From the NCBI GenBank assembly GCA_013265495.1, contig MU057809.1, forward strand, positions 1,851,062 through 1,915,061: a stretch of 64,000 bases of DNA, in the 5' to 3' direction. Made by a program: the position numbers and the translations under genes. This DNA comes from Vicugna vicugna. Lineage: Eukaryota. Below are positions 36,466 to 49,809 of this stretch, piece by piece. How positions within the stretch are numbered: position 1 is the first letter of the stretch; each line of letters begins with the position of its first letter. Under the pieces are notes generated by a model. The model searched no databases and was not told where the DNA came from. It saw nothing but the letters and a program-made list of their open reading frames with translations.

Positions 36466-37137
36466 TTTTTAAAAATTAAAACATTAAAAAAATTTTTTAA
36501 TTTAAGTGTAATCAGTTATAATGTATCGATTTCTGGTGTATACAGCATAATGTCCCAGTCGTGTGTGTGTGTGCACGTGTGTGTATATATGCATATATTC
36601 GTTTTCATATTCTTTTTCATTAAAGGTTATCACAAGATATTGATCATGGTTCCCTGTGCTATACAGAAGAAATTTTTTTAAATCTATTTTTATATATAGT
36701 GGTTAACATTTACAAATCTCAAACTCCCAAATTTATCCTTTCCCACCCATTTTCCCCAGTAACTATAAGATTGCTTACTGTGTCTGCGAGTCTGTTTCTT
36801 TTGTAGATGAGTTCATAGTGTCCTCTTTTTTTGAATTTTACTAGATTCCACATATGAGTGATATCATATGGTATTTTTCTTTCTCTTTCTGGCTTACTTC
36901 GCTAAAAATGACGATCTCCAGGTCCATCCATGTTGCTGCAGATGGCATTGTTATTCTTTTTATCGTTGAATTGTATTCCATTGTATAAATATACCGCAGC
37001 TTCTTTATCCAGTCATCTGTTGATGGACTTTAGGTTGCTTCCGTGTCTTGGCTATTGTAAATAGTGCTGCTGTGAACATTGGGGCGCATGCATCTTTTCG
37101 AATTAGAGTTCTCTCCAGATATATGCCCAGGAGTGGG
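36466..37137 (-). mobile_element. 5'-truncated camelid-type L1 3' end containing a short (GT)n tract
   Basis: atttctggtgtatacagcataatgtcccagtc...ttccctgtgctatacag...tagattccacatatgagtgatatcatatggt; imperfect TSD actatttaatttc / actgttcaatttc. Confidence 0.92.
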
Positions 37138-38877
37138 ACTGTTCAATTTCAGTTGAAATTCGTCTTTTCAGTTGAAAATAAGGATTAAATAATGACTGTT
37201 TTAGATAGAAAAATGGTACATTCCTTTCTAAGGCTTGGTTTGAAACATCAGTGCAGCTTTCCCCAAAAACATCTAAATTAGAGCCCTGGTTTTCAGACTG
37301 TTCCTCAGAACTCCAGGGGTTGTGGGAGCTCCCTCAGATGTCACTTTGAGGGTAAGGGCTGTATGACAGGGGTGTGGGGGGAGACATTGTTCCTCCCCAG
37401 TTTCCATCCAGCTCCTCTTTTCTCTCTTTATTTGCCCTCTGTACAAAAGTAAAATGTAAGCTTTAATTTAAAGGGAGGCTTACTTTGTAATGATGAAAAG
37501 TTGAAAAACTTAGTACGATGGGCTGTGGCAGCTACAGTTATCTGTCCAGAATGGTTTTCCTTCTTTCTTGTTTCTTTTGCGGAGCCCACCTTCGCCCTCC
37601 GCTGTGTGCATGTGCCCAAAGGCAGCTCTTTGGTGGGAGCAGTCAGTCACTCTGCCCCCCAACCCCTCCGCAGAAGCCTGCAGCGTCGTCTTGGAGACAC
37701 TGTTAGTTCAAGGGGTGGGCATGTGAGCAGCCGGGTCAGCTGGCATTCCATCTGGCACTTCCCTGTAGCGCTAGCAAGGAGGCACTGCCTCTTCTTTCTG
37801 GATAGCTGCTTGTGTGCGGGCTGCCACGTGGCCGCCGTCCTGGCTCGGTGGGAGAGCTGCTCTGAGGAGTGCAGCACGTGGAGAGAGCAGAGCCAGGGGC
37901 TCAGGCCCTGACCACACTCGAGGCGCCCGGGTTCCTTAAAGGTCGGAGTCTTCCACTCCAGGGCTGGTTACTTGCGCGGTGGATACATCCTTTGTTTTGA
38001 TTACGCTGTGTGATATTTTCCTCCACTTAGAATTGAGAACTGTGAACAATATCTCAGGGAAGATGGCAAATTGGGAACTGTATTGTCAGGCCATTGTTAC
38101 TAACCGAATCATAGAGTCTAGGCTTTTAGCTTTTAATTTCTGAGTTTATTGTTATATTTTGGCTTGCTTGTAATGAGTGATTTTACATCTGGCCAGGAAC
38201 GCATTCAAATAAATTTAAATGCCTACCTTTCTGGATACCTTCTGTAAAATGTCTGTTCTTAGAGCAGGATTACTGTGTGGTCCCTCAGCGCTGACATTCT
38301 ACTCCAGAGCTATTTTGAGGCTCCCTGTTTGGAATACTGTGAGAACATTATAGCAGATGCACCAGTTCCAAGCAGTGTGTGCTGTCACTCTTCAGCTTAT
38401 GAACCTCACTTTCAAGAACTTAGCAGTTTCAAGATAGTATCTTTAGGCTTTATGGGACTCTTTGGGGGATGCCAGTATTCAGGGCATTCTGGAGGTTCCT
38501 GTAAAAAGGAATGCCACTCAGTAATTAAGCCCTGGAGATGGGAGTTCTTACTGTGACCCATGGCCCTTGAGGTCTTAGGTCAAATGGAGGAAGGCTCCTT
38601 GTTTGGCTGAATGAATCCGTGAGGCTTCCGCCTTGCCTCTGGAGTTACTGTCCTCGTTTGTAGCAAAACAGATACTTTAACAAAGAAATTTTATAAGCAA
38701 AATACTACTGCTCTCCATTTTACTTCTGGTCCTGCCATTCTGCTGTTATCTTTGTCAGTCACATAACATCAGGGGCTGGAGGACAGGTATTCCTTCCTCT
38801 TTTCCTGGCCTTCAGCATTCTTAGAATGGAACACTCTTTCTTTAACATTCCAGCCACTTCTGTTTGTTTTTTTGATG

Positions 38878-39000
38878 TTGGAATGTAAACTTCAAGAGGA
38901 CGGGATCAAGTTAGTTTTGTTCATAGTTGCATTCTGCACTAGCCCCAGTGGAGTACCTGGCACAACAGGGACTCAGTACATAACCTGTTGAATGCGTGAG
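38878..39000 (+). mobile_element. L2 3' terminal fragment
   Basis: gaatgtaaacttcaagaggacggga...ttttgttcata...gtacctggcaca...actcagta...tgttgaatg. Confidence 0.7.
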
Positions 39001-42000
39001 CGAGGCTCCTCAGTTATCTAAATTTCAGTGACTGGTGAGGCTGATTCTCATCAGACCAGTGCAGAAAACATCAGGTATTTTAAAGCAGTTAGACTTTGCG
39101 GGAACACTGTCATGTAAATGTGTAGCTCTGGGGTTGCCTACTGAAATGCCAGGCCCATAATGTTAGTGAATGAAGTGTGTGTGTGTGTTGTGGTGACAAA
39201 ACAGACTTTACTTTAAGTTCTCTTTCAGTATTAGATCTCCGTAGGTTTATTGACATTCTTCAGTCGAAATAACTGTTGAAGACTCCTGTTGGAATATAAA
39301 CTTTCTTTGCTATGTGTTTCAAAACATGCCAGGAGTATGTGACAGTGTAGTGTTGGGTTGACTGTCCCAGGTTTTGTATCCCTGTCCCAGTGCTGCTGCC
39401 TCAGTCCCAATCACCTGGCCTGCCTGATCCTGGAGCAGTGGGAGGAGAGCTGGCAGAGTCTGGCTGCATGAGAAGCGCCCCTGCCCCGAGGAAGGGAAGA
39501 CTACTCTGTCATGAAATCGTGCGCCCACTGGCAGGAGGTGGGGAGGGTTTAATTTGGGGATCCTCCATATTGGAAAAGGTTCTGCCTGTGCATTACACCT
39601 TGTACTTAACACGGAGTAGCAGTTCAACACCGGTGAGTAGTAAGCCTGCAGCTGCCATTTATAGCATATGCACTGCAGGAACAAAACGGGGGGCGACAGT
39701 TGTATCTGCTTTCTAGTTTGGTTGACTTTTAAAGTGACAGACTTAACGCTTGAAGAAATTTAATGATGATCAAAAGATAATCTCTGATACTGTAGTTATT
39801 TCTATAATCATTTAATTAAAAAACCTTTGCTGAAATAGTACTAATTTTCTGGACATTTGTGGTAAGAACACATTTCTCTTGTTGTACCTCTCTGTCACTT
39901 ATTCTTTGACTTCATTTTATGTCCCATCTACTGGTAGGTTCTCCTCTCTCGTTTTTTCTGTTTCAATGTCCTGGTCTGGTCTTTTCTCCATTTCCATGTG
40001 TCTCTTCCTTCCTCAGTTTACTTTCTTCCCTCCCATCTCCATTTCCTTATCTTCTCTGTTTATCCTTTGATTTTGATTCACTCCACTTACATCTACAGTT
40101 TGACCATCTCTTACTTGTTTATTTTTTAAATTATTTATAAACGTCAGTAAGTGGTTTCAGATAGGCTAAGAGCAAGCTATGTTTCCTGATGGCCTGCCCC
40201 TGTGGCTGCCTCCTCCGTGGGACTAGTTGTCTAGAATTCTCCTTCGGTCATGCAAAGTATTAGAGGCCTTTACTGCATATTTAGTAGAGGAAAGATATAT
40301 AGCTGGGCAGGTTTCTAACCTCAATCAATTAGAGATAACTAGTGAATTTTTCAGAGTGATTATTTAAAGTGCTATGCTGATAATAGGTACTGAAACTAAG
40401 CCATATGCACAACCTGGCATTTAAAAAAATCTATTTTAAGTATTATAGATCTATACCTTGCAGCAGATTAATTTTTCAGTGGCGGCCCTCATTTTCTCTA
40501 CACTGAGTTATGTCTTGGTACCACACTTTATTGCAAAACTCTCAGACCTAAAGGATTTGAAGTTTATTATTGCAATTTTAGAGCAGGAGGGAAAGGAAAG
40601 AAAAATAATTTTCCTGAGTGAAGGGACCTAGTTCTCACAATAGCATTTTGATCTGAGGACTATACTGTGATGAATAACTCTCACTGTAGAATCTGGATGA
40701 AATTAACCCTGAGAGAATTTATATATTCCTGAGGCGGTAGGTGGCCAATTATGACTTTGTATAATCTATTTTCACACAGTATAGTACACAGATGTGTGTG
40801 TGAGCTGAGTGTAAATGCAACCTTTCTTTACCTTTTTTTTGGACTCTTTTTGATACCCCTTTTGGAGAGAATTTATCTAATTCTGCTTGAATATTCTCTT
40901 TTTGTCATCTTGGTAATCTTATTATTTGAAAAGGATTTTGGTGATTGTGTTTGAACATTGTGCTGAACATAAATGTACAGCAGCAGAAGATGTACACAGC
41001 ACCAGATTCATAATTATTCTTGGATTTCTTATATCTAAAGAAATGCCATTTCTAATATTTTCTGATGTCTTTACAAACTCCATTAGAGAATATTAAGGTT
41101 TAATTTTTTTTAAGTGTAATTTAATTACCTTTTTTCTTTTCAGACTTTTGAAGGAACACACAAGATTTAAAATTCATTAATTTTTAGAAAATAAAAAATT
41201 TTCGTTAATTTTGTAGGCTAACACTCTGTAGTGTGAATTATAGTATTGAAACATATAATTAAGAAAAATACTACTTATTAACAGTTATATGAGTACACAG
41301 CTGGTTTTCTTCATTGAAAACATTTTCATGTACCATCTAAAAGATACTTTGGGGGATTGTTTATAGTTTATACTTTTCTTTTTACAGCTTTCTATGCTTA
41401 TTTTACTAGACTTCTAAGAAAAATTTGGATAACTATGGGAAATAAACATTTGTATCTCATTTCAGTGTAGTTCAATCATTTAAACAACTTTATTTATTCA
41501 TTTAAATTATTTTTGTTTTGAGATAATTGCGGATTCCCATGCTGTTGTAAGAAATAACATAGGGAGATCCGCTGCTCCTTTTACCACGTTTCCCTCAATT
41601 GTAACATTTTGACAACTATAGAACAATATCATATCCGGCTTATTGACATGGACACAGTCAAGACAGGGAACATTTTCATCACAAGGATTCCTTTTGTTAC
41701 CCTTTTATAGCCATACCCATTTTCCTCCTGTTGACCTCAGCACTGCCCTTGGCAACCAGTGATTTGCTCTTCACTTCTATAATTTTATTTGAAGGATTAT
41801 ATAAATGGAATCATGTACTATGTAACTTCTGGGATTGCCTTGGTTCACAGCATAATTCTTTGGAGATTCATCCAGATAGTGTGTATATCCGTTGTCAAAT
41901 AATAGTCCATGCTGCCAATGTACCATAGATTAATCGTTCACTCATCAAGGACATCTGGGTTGTTTCATGTTTTAGCTGTTATAAATAAAGCTGCTGTAAA

Positions 42001-42901
42001 TATTTGTGTAAAAGTTGTTTTGCATATACAAGTTTTTATTTTTCTGTGATAAGTACTCAGGAGTAGAATTGCTGAATTGTATGTTAGTTGAATGTTTAAG
42101 AAACTCTTTTTGAAGTGGCTGTACTATTTTACATTGTCACCAGTAATGTATGAATGATCCATTTTTTCCACATCCTCATCAGCATTTGGTATTGTCACTT
42201 TCTTTTATTTTAGCCATTCTGAGTGGTGTGTAGTCATACTTCATTTTGATTTTAATTTACATTTCCCTAATGTTGAGCATCTTTTCATTTGCCTATTTGT
42301 CACCTGTATATTCTCTTTGGGGAAATGTCTCATGTCTTTTGCTGTTTACTAATTGGATTGTTTTTCACTGTTGAATTTTGAGAGTTCTTAATGTACTTTA
42401 GATACTAATCCTTTGTTGGCCACGTGGTTTACCAGTGTTTTCTCTCACTCTGAAGACTCTTTTCATCTTTTTAACAGGGTCTTTTGCAGAACAAATGTTT
42501 AACTTTGATGAAGTTGGATTAATTAATTGTCCTATTATGGATCATGCCTTTGGTATCAGGTCTAAGAACTTGTTGCCTGTCTAGCTACAGATCCTGAAGA
42601 TTTTCTCCTGTTTGCTGCTTCTAAAAGTTTTTAGTTTTATATTTCACATTGAACTCCGTGATCCTTGCAGAGTCAGTTTTGGCTTATGGTTGAGGTTCAT
42701 TTTTTTAACCTGTGGATGTCTAATTGCTTCAGCACCATTTGTTGAAAAGGCAATTTTTCCTCTTTTGAATAACTTTTGCAGGTTTGTTGGAAATCCGTTG
42801 AGCATATTTGTGAGTCTAATTTTGTTTTTTTTTCTATTGATCTAAGTATCTCTCAGCTAATAACTTAGTCTTTGATTACCATAAATATAAAATAAGTTTT
42901 A

Positions 42902-43256
42902 TTTTTTAAATTGAAGTATAGTTGGTTTACAATGTGTAATTTATAAGTGTACAGCATAATGTTTTAGTCATACATACACATACATATATTCCTTTTCATT
43001 TTTTTAGAAGTTTTTTTTTGATAGGGAGTGGTAATTAGGTTTATTTGCTTATTTATTTATTTTTTTAATGGAGGTACTGGGGATTGAACCCAGGATCTCG
43101 TGCATGCTAAGCATGTGTTCTACCATTGAACTAAACCCTTCTCCTCGTATTTTTTCTTTATAGGTTGCTACAAGGTACTGAATCAAGTTTCCTGTACTGT
43201 ACAGTAGAAACTTGTTTATGTATTTTACATATAGTAGTTAGTATCTGCAAATCTTG
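42902..43256 (-). mobile_element. Short camelid-type L1 3' end nested in the L1MC
   Basis: ttgaagtatagttggtttacaatgtg...gtacagcataatg; tagttagtatctgcaaatc; TSD aataagtttta at 42891-42901 and 43257-43267. Confidence 0.85.
43010..43144 (-). mobile_element. tRNA-Ala-derived SINE (Vic-1 type) nested in the younger L1
   Basis: ggaggtactggggattgaacccagga...gcatgctaagcatgtgttctaccattgaacta, preceded by a T-rich tail with gtaattaggtttattt. Confidence 0.9.
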
Positions 43257-43859
43257 AATAAGTTTTAAAATCAGACTAATTATTCCTTCTTTTTCAGAAT
43301 TGTTTTAGCTGTTTTAGGTTCTTTGAATTTTTATATAAACCTAAGCAATTCTTAACTATACAAAAAAAATCTTACTGGGATTTTGATAGGAATTGCATTA
43401 AATCTTTATATCATTTTTGGGAGCATTGACATCTTTACTGTGTTGTCTTCCAGTCTATGAACATGGTATGTCTTTGCATTCATTTACATCTCTGACTTTT
43501 TTGTCAACCATTTTAAGTTCTTGGCTTACAAGGCCTGTACATGTTTTGTTAACTTTACATATAAATATTTAACTTCCCTTGGAGCAATTGGAAATAGTGC
43601 AGTAATTTTAATTGTGGTGTTCATGTGTTGTTTATTGCTAGCATATAGAAATTTTTTATGTTTATATCCTGTGATGTTGCTTATAGAAGGCCATGACTGC
43701 TGTATTGTAGATATAAAGTCATTGCACATGAAGAAGGAAGAAAATGAACTAAAGTAACCTAGATATGAGTAGATTGTCTGCTGCAGAATGGTGGTAGTAG
43801 AAACACCTCTTGATTTTAAGGACCTTTGAGTACTTTAAATATGTCATTTATTTTCAGTT

Positions 43860-45170
43860 TGGATATGTCACTTTTCATCTTGTACTTTTCCAAGACCTAG
43901 AGTCAGCCTTCTCTCCAAGAAGCCCTGGTTTCTTTTAGGGGAGAATGATATTTAAAAACCAAGGTCTGGGCTCTCTTGCAGCACACAGCTGTTGCTGCTT
44001 CAGAAGCTAGAAAAGAACAATGGTCAGAGCTAGGCAATGAAAATAATGATGAGTTTCAAAGTCAAATTTAACAGGAAATGGTTTTTAACTTCTTACCTCC
44101 TTCAGCTTTATATTTCTGTCCTTTTTCTCTTACACTGAAAATACTTGTTTGTTGATAATATTAACTTACTTATTTGCTTTATTTAACCTACAGTATACAT
44201 AAAATATTTTAAAATTACAGTACCAGTACTATTAAAAGTAAAGCTACTGAATAAAGTTCAAGAATTTTTTTGCAGGTGTTTTTTTAAGGGTTGAATTCTT
44301 TCAATATATACTACCAAGGATATACAGAGAGAGTACTGAGTTTAAAGTTTTCTTCAAACAATTCTGTGTGTAGATACATATCTATACATATATACCTATT
44401 TACATAAGTATATATGTATTTGTATATGTGTATGTATAGATATATACACATGCATATACATTTTAAGTTCAAAAGTCAAAATTAAAAGTAGTATTTAGAG
44501 ATGTCTCACTTCCATGTGTAATCCCTTCACTCCTTCCCAGTATCTCCCCCCTTTTCATTAATTTTTTGTTGTAAAAATAAGGAAATACGTATTTTCTTTC
44601 TCATACAAAACGTATTTTATATGCTCTATTCTGCATCTTTTTTTTTTCAACTTCATAATATATCCTGCAGAGTACTCCATAATAGTATATAGAGATCTTC
44701 CTTACTCCTTTTTATGGCAGCATAAGTAGTGGGCAATTTTTCATGTGTAATTTTATTAGATGTTGCAGGATTCTCCCTTATGGGGATTTTTTTTTGTACT
44801 TTTATCAATAGTGTTTGACATTTTCTGTTTTTTCTCAACCTTGCCAAGACAGTGAATTTTTGCCAGGTACAGGGGGAGTGTTTCAGTGTAGTTTTAATAT
44901 ACATTTCTCTTATGAGTATAGTTGAGCATTTTAAAAAAGTTTGAGCTTTCTTTTCTGTAAACTGTTCACGTTTTTGCCTATTTGTCTATCAGGTTTTTGG
45001 TGCTTATTGCTTCTATTTTTAAAGAAAAAGGAAGACCATCTCTTTGGGAGATGAATTGTGGATATTCTGATTTGCCATTTGTTTTAGGATGATCTTTTTG
45101 TATGCACAAGTTTTGAAAAATTTTTTTAACAGTTGTAATTTTGTATAATCAAAATCTTTATGCATATATT
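43860..45170 (-). mobile_element. Degraded L1MC4/L1ME-type 3' region with an internal TA/TG low-complexity tract (44368-44460)
   Basis: gagtcagccttctctccaagaagccctggtttcttttaggggagaatgatatttaaaaaccaag. Confidence 0.65.
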
Positions 45171-45490
45171 CTGCATAGATGGGGTATAGAAGTTAGGAAT
45201 TACTTTTCAGGTCTGCATTTTCTAGCTGCTCACCTTTTTGGGCTCTATTTCAAACCAGCTGTCACTAGCAGTGTATTATTCCAGGTTCTTTGTTGTTTAA
45301 TTTTCTCACCATATACCAGAAAACCATAGAATGCCTCTACTGTCTTTTTGTCTATCATAAACTTGCCATTTGTGAAACAGTAGCCCAGTGATGTTAATTC
45401 TTTTTGTGGGATGGCATTCATGACCTTTTTTCCCCTCTATATTTGTAATACATTTCCATAGTCTGTGTTCCTTGGATCTCTTAACTAGAT

Positions 45491-45739
45491 CAGAGGTTTA
45501 CAGTCCCTTTCTGCAAAGGGCCAGAAGTAAATATTTTAGGCTTTGCAGACTATATAATCTTTGTCAATTACTCAAATTACGCAAAAATTTTTTGTGATGT
45601 AAAAGTAGCCTTAGACAATATGTAAATGAATATTCTGGCTGTGTTCCAGTAGATTTTTATTTACAAAAACATGACGGTGGGGGGAGAGTGAAGAAGAATG
45701 GGCAAATTTGGTCCATGGGCCACATTCTGCTGACCCCTG
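45491..45739 (+). mobile_element. MER58-type hAT-Charlie MITE
   Basis: cagagg...aaagggccagaagtaaatattttaggctttgc...ggctgtgttccagt...tttatttacaaaaac...ctgacccctg; flanks aactagat / gtctagag fit the Charlie 8-bp target. Confidence 0.85.
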
Positions 45740-46160
45740 GTCTAGAGCATTATAATTTCCACTCCTCTTTAACTTGTTTAACTGCCCACTTCCTTGCCAT
45801 CATTTTGAGTAAGTTTATTATAAGTTCCCTTAATTATAAAATCAGGAAAGAGTTATGTACCTCTAGGAAATGTACCTTTAGTGTTTGGAGGATGATGGTG
45901 AGTAGATTTTATTTATTTTTGCTAAACTATTATTATAACACAAAGTAACTACATAGGATATTTTTTTTTTTAGAAAATCAGAATAACTACAACATGCTTT
46001 AATTGCTATTTATTAGATGTTGGTGTTGCTGACAGTATTCCCTTTGAGGATGAACATTGCAGAAAGACTGTTAAACAGTGGTACTATCACATTGCATTGT
46101 CAGATCTCTATGTAGAAGTAATAATTCTAAGAGAGATTGATCTGCACCAGGAAAGAGTCT

Positions 46161-49100
46161 AGAAGGGGCTTCAAGATGATGAAATAGGACACAGAGCTCA
46201 CCCTCTCCCACAAATGCATCAAAAATACATCTACATGTGAAACAGTTCTCACAGAATACTTAACTAAGCTCTGGGAGAAGATGCCATACTTTCAAAGCTA
46301 CAAGAAAGATCTCTGTGTAACGGGGTAGCACAACAAAAACAAGACAAAATTGGAACAGGACCTTTGCCTCGCGGAGGGAACAGTGAAAGAGGAAAAGTGC
46401 CCTCACCCTGGGAAGCCCCTTCAACAGCAGGGAGATTAGCTGGAACAGAAAGGAAGCTGCAGAGGCTCAGAGGAGAGTGCAGCAGCCACTACGAGGAAGA
46501 CAGAACAGAGAGAAACTGTGACAGAGGATCCGTGCAGTCCCAAGCCTGAGATGTGAGCCTGCTGGGGCATGCCGGGACTGGGTGCTGAAGCTCAGGATTC
46601 AGAGGACACATCTGAGGAGAGGCCTGGGGTTGGTTGTGCGGAGACACCTGAGGGGGTTAGACTGAAACTCGGTGTGTACATAGGATGAGCATGGGCGCAC
46701 TGTAGGAGCCCTGTTGTTACCGTACCCTCAAGAGGGGAGGGGCAGGACACTGCCACAGCTGTCTCCTTTTTGGCTTTCCCTAGAAGGGCATGGTCCCTTG
46801 CGGGTTGCCCCTACGTGGTTGTGGGGCTAAAATTTGAGCCCATTCCCAGGGACCAGGTGGCTTCAGAAAAGCACTGAAATTTGAGTCCTGTCCCAAGAAA
46901 CTTTGGCAAATTTATGCCATTGGTGCCTCTGTAAATTCAGTGCATCTAGGACATCCAAGAAAACTACTGTGTGACTGGGGCAGGCCCAGCATTAACAGCA
47001 GATGTGTGCACGTGGAGGTGGGGCTGGCATCTGAGCTAATCCTGTAGCTCTCTGTGGATCCGAGTGCTTGACTGCATGACTATGGTGGGTCCTGGTTCCC
47101 ATGGTTCCCAGTTTCAACAGATCTGCCCTGGTGACTTTGTGAGCACAACGCCTGAGGGACATTAGGGCAGGCTGCCTGCATTCCCATGGCTGAGGCTGGG
47201 CTGAGGGCAGTGCCAACAATGGTATACTCTGTGAGCCCACATAGTGGGTGACAGGTGACACCAGAGAGGGCACTTCCTGGTGGATATCTCCTCTGAAGGA
47301 ATACTCAGTGGCTAGTCTCCCAGCAGAAGTACTCCAGGCCTGCCTACCTCACACAGCTCAGAAACAAATCTGATGGCTTCTGCTCCAACAACTGGTGAGA
47401 AGACCCGGCCCCCAACAGGGCTGTGACAACAACAGAACAAAAAGGAGGCCCCAGTCAACACCTAGTGCAGGCTTTTGTTACCACAACATCAATCACACCC
47501 CAGTCGAGGGGTAATAGCCAGGATACTTGGAGGAAAAGCATGGCAGCCATTCATACTAAAAACAGCCCTTGCACCAAAAATATTAGATACACACAGGCTG
47601 CAGAAGGACACTCAGACATAAAAATAGCCCTTCAAGACTGCGGGAGGTAACTGTTACTCCTAAATACATAGAGTCAGAGGAATGTAAGTAAAATGAAGCA
47701 GGGGAACCACTCCCAATTAAGAGAGCAAGAGAAGTCCCATGGAAGAATAATGAAATAGACTTCTCCATTCTACCAGAACTCGAGTTAAAAAAGGAGATAA
47801 TAAAGATACTGAAGGAATCAAGAGAGGCTACTGATAGAAATGCAGATTACTGTAAAAAGTAACTAGAAACTATAAAAAGGAGCCAATTTAAGCCAGAAAT
47901 TGCAATTGCTGAGATGAAAGCCAAACTAAAGGCAATAAATAGCAGACTAAGTAATGCAGAAGAATGAGTAAGTGATCTGGAAGATAGAATAATGGAAATC
48001 ACTCAACCAGAACAGCAGGCAGATAGACAAATGAATAAAATGAAAGCAGTGAGACCTATGAGATCATGTAAAATGTGTCAATTTGTGTATGATAGGGGTC
48101 CCAGAAGGAAAAGAGAGAGAAAAGGGAATCAAATCATATTGGAAGAAGTTATGGCTGAAAACTTCTCAAACCTAAGGAAGGAAACAGATACAAGATACCC
48201 AGGTATAGGAAGCACAGAGAGTCCCAAACAAGACAAACTCAAACAGACCTACACCAAGACATACTATAGTTAAAATGGCCCAAATTAAAGAGAAGGACCC
48301 CAAAGGCAGCAAGAGGAAAACAATAACACCCCACCAACATCAATGGACTAAGGCTTTCAGCTGATTTCTGTGCAGAAACATTGCTGGCCAGAAGGGAGTG
48401 GAGAGATATATTCAAAGTCCTGAAAGAGAAAAATCTGCAACCCAGAAACTCTACCCACAAGATGATCATTTAGAAGGAGAGACAGAGTTTCACAGACAAG
48501 CAAAAACTAAAAGAATACAGCAATACTAAACGTATTCTAAAAGAAGCATGGAAAGATCTCTAAATAGAAAAAAGCAAGAATTTATAGAAAAGAGAAAATC
48601 ACAATTGGAAATGTGATAACTACAATGAATAGCAGAAGAATAAACATGAAGATGTAAAAGAGGATATCAAAATCATAAAATGTGGGAGAGAGGAGTAATA
48701 AAATGTAGATTTTTTTCTTAATTTTTAGAATGTGTTTGAGCCTATATGATTCTAAAGCAAGTAGATATAGGAATGGGTTAACACACTTAAACAGGGTAAC
48801 CACAAATCAAAAATAATAAATAGAGTCACACAAACAAAAAGAAAAGCATAATGCAAAAGAAAATCATCAAAGCACAAAGGGAAAAACAAAAAGAGAAGCA
48901 AAGGAACAAAGAAGAAATACAGAATCAACTGGAAAACAAGATTTAAAATGGTAATAAACACACATCTATCCATAATTAACTTAAATGTTAATGGAATAAA
49001 TGCTCCAATCAAAAGATATAGAGTGGCAGATTGAATAATAGAACTAGTGTCTACTATATGCTGCCTATAAGAGACCCACTTTAAGGCAAAGGACACATAT

Positions 49101-49809
49101 AGATTGAAAGTGAGGGGATGGAAGAAGATACTTCATGCAAATCGAAATTACAAGAAATCGGGGGTAGCAATACTCATCAGACAAAATAGACTTTAAAAGA
49201 AGACCATAAAGAAAGATAAAGGAAGACACTACATAGTGGTAAAAGGATCAATACAAGAAGAGGATATTACACTCATTAACATACATGCACCCAGTATAGG
49301 AGCAGCTAAATTCATAAATGTCAACAGACGTAAGGGAGACATTGATAGGAGACTTTTAACACCCCACCAACATCAATGGACAGATCTTCAGACAGAAAAT
49401 AAGGCAACAAAGATCCTAAATGACACAATACAACAGCTAGGCTTAATACTCTCAGGACACTACATTTAAAAAAATCAGAATACACATTCTTTTCAAGTGC
49501 ACAGGGAACACATACTCAAGCACAAAACAAGCCTCAATAAATTTAAGAGGATAGAAATTAAGCATTTTTTCTGACCATAATGGCATGAAACTAGAAATCA
49601 AGTACAGAAACAAGAAAAAAAAATCTATTGCATGGTGACTAAACAACATACTACTAAAAACCAAATGGGTCAGTGATGAAATCAAAGAAGAAATTAAAAA
49701 AAAAACCTTGAGACAAATGACGATACACAACTACACAGAATTTATGAGATACAGCAAAAGCAGTCCTAAGACGGAATGTTATACCACTATAGGCCTTCCT
49801 CAAAACACA
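46161..49809 (+). mobile_element. Cetartiodactyl-type L1: 5' UTR, ORF1 and ORF2 endonuclease, truncated at the 3' side
   Basis: Start ggggcttcaagatg...gagctcaccctctcccacaaa; GC-rich 5' UTR to about 47650; ORF1 remnants (EEVMAENFSNLRKET); ORF2 EN (VKGSIQEEDITLINIHAP); ends abruptly with no RT, 3' UTR or poly(A). Confidence 0.92.

Larger units (their letters stand above)
41505..43680 (-). mobile_element. L1MC1/2-type 3' portion (contains a nested L1 and SINE)
   Basis: gagataattgcggattcccatgctgttgtaagaaataacatagggagatcc is the antisense L1MC 3' end; ORF2 antisense continues to about 43680. Confidence 0.88.

Noticed and set aside
40650..40712. C/D box snoRNA (gtgatga ... ctga)
   Set aside because: The C-to-D span is only about 45 nt, with no terminal stem and no recognisable rRNA or snRNA guide.
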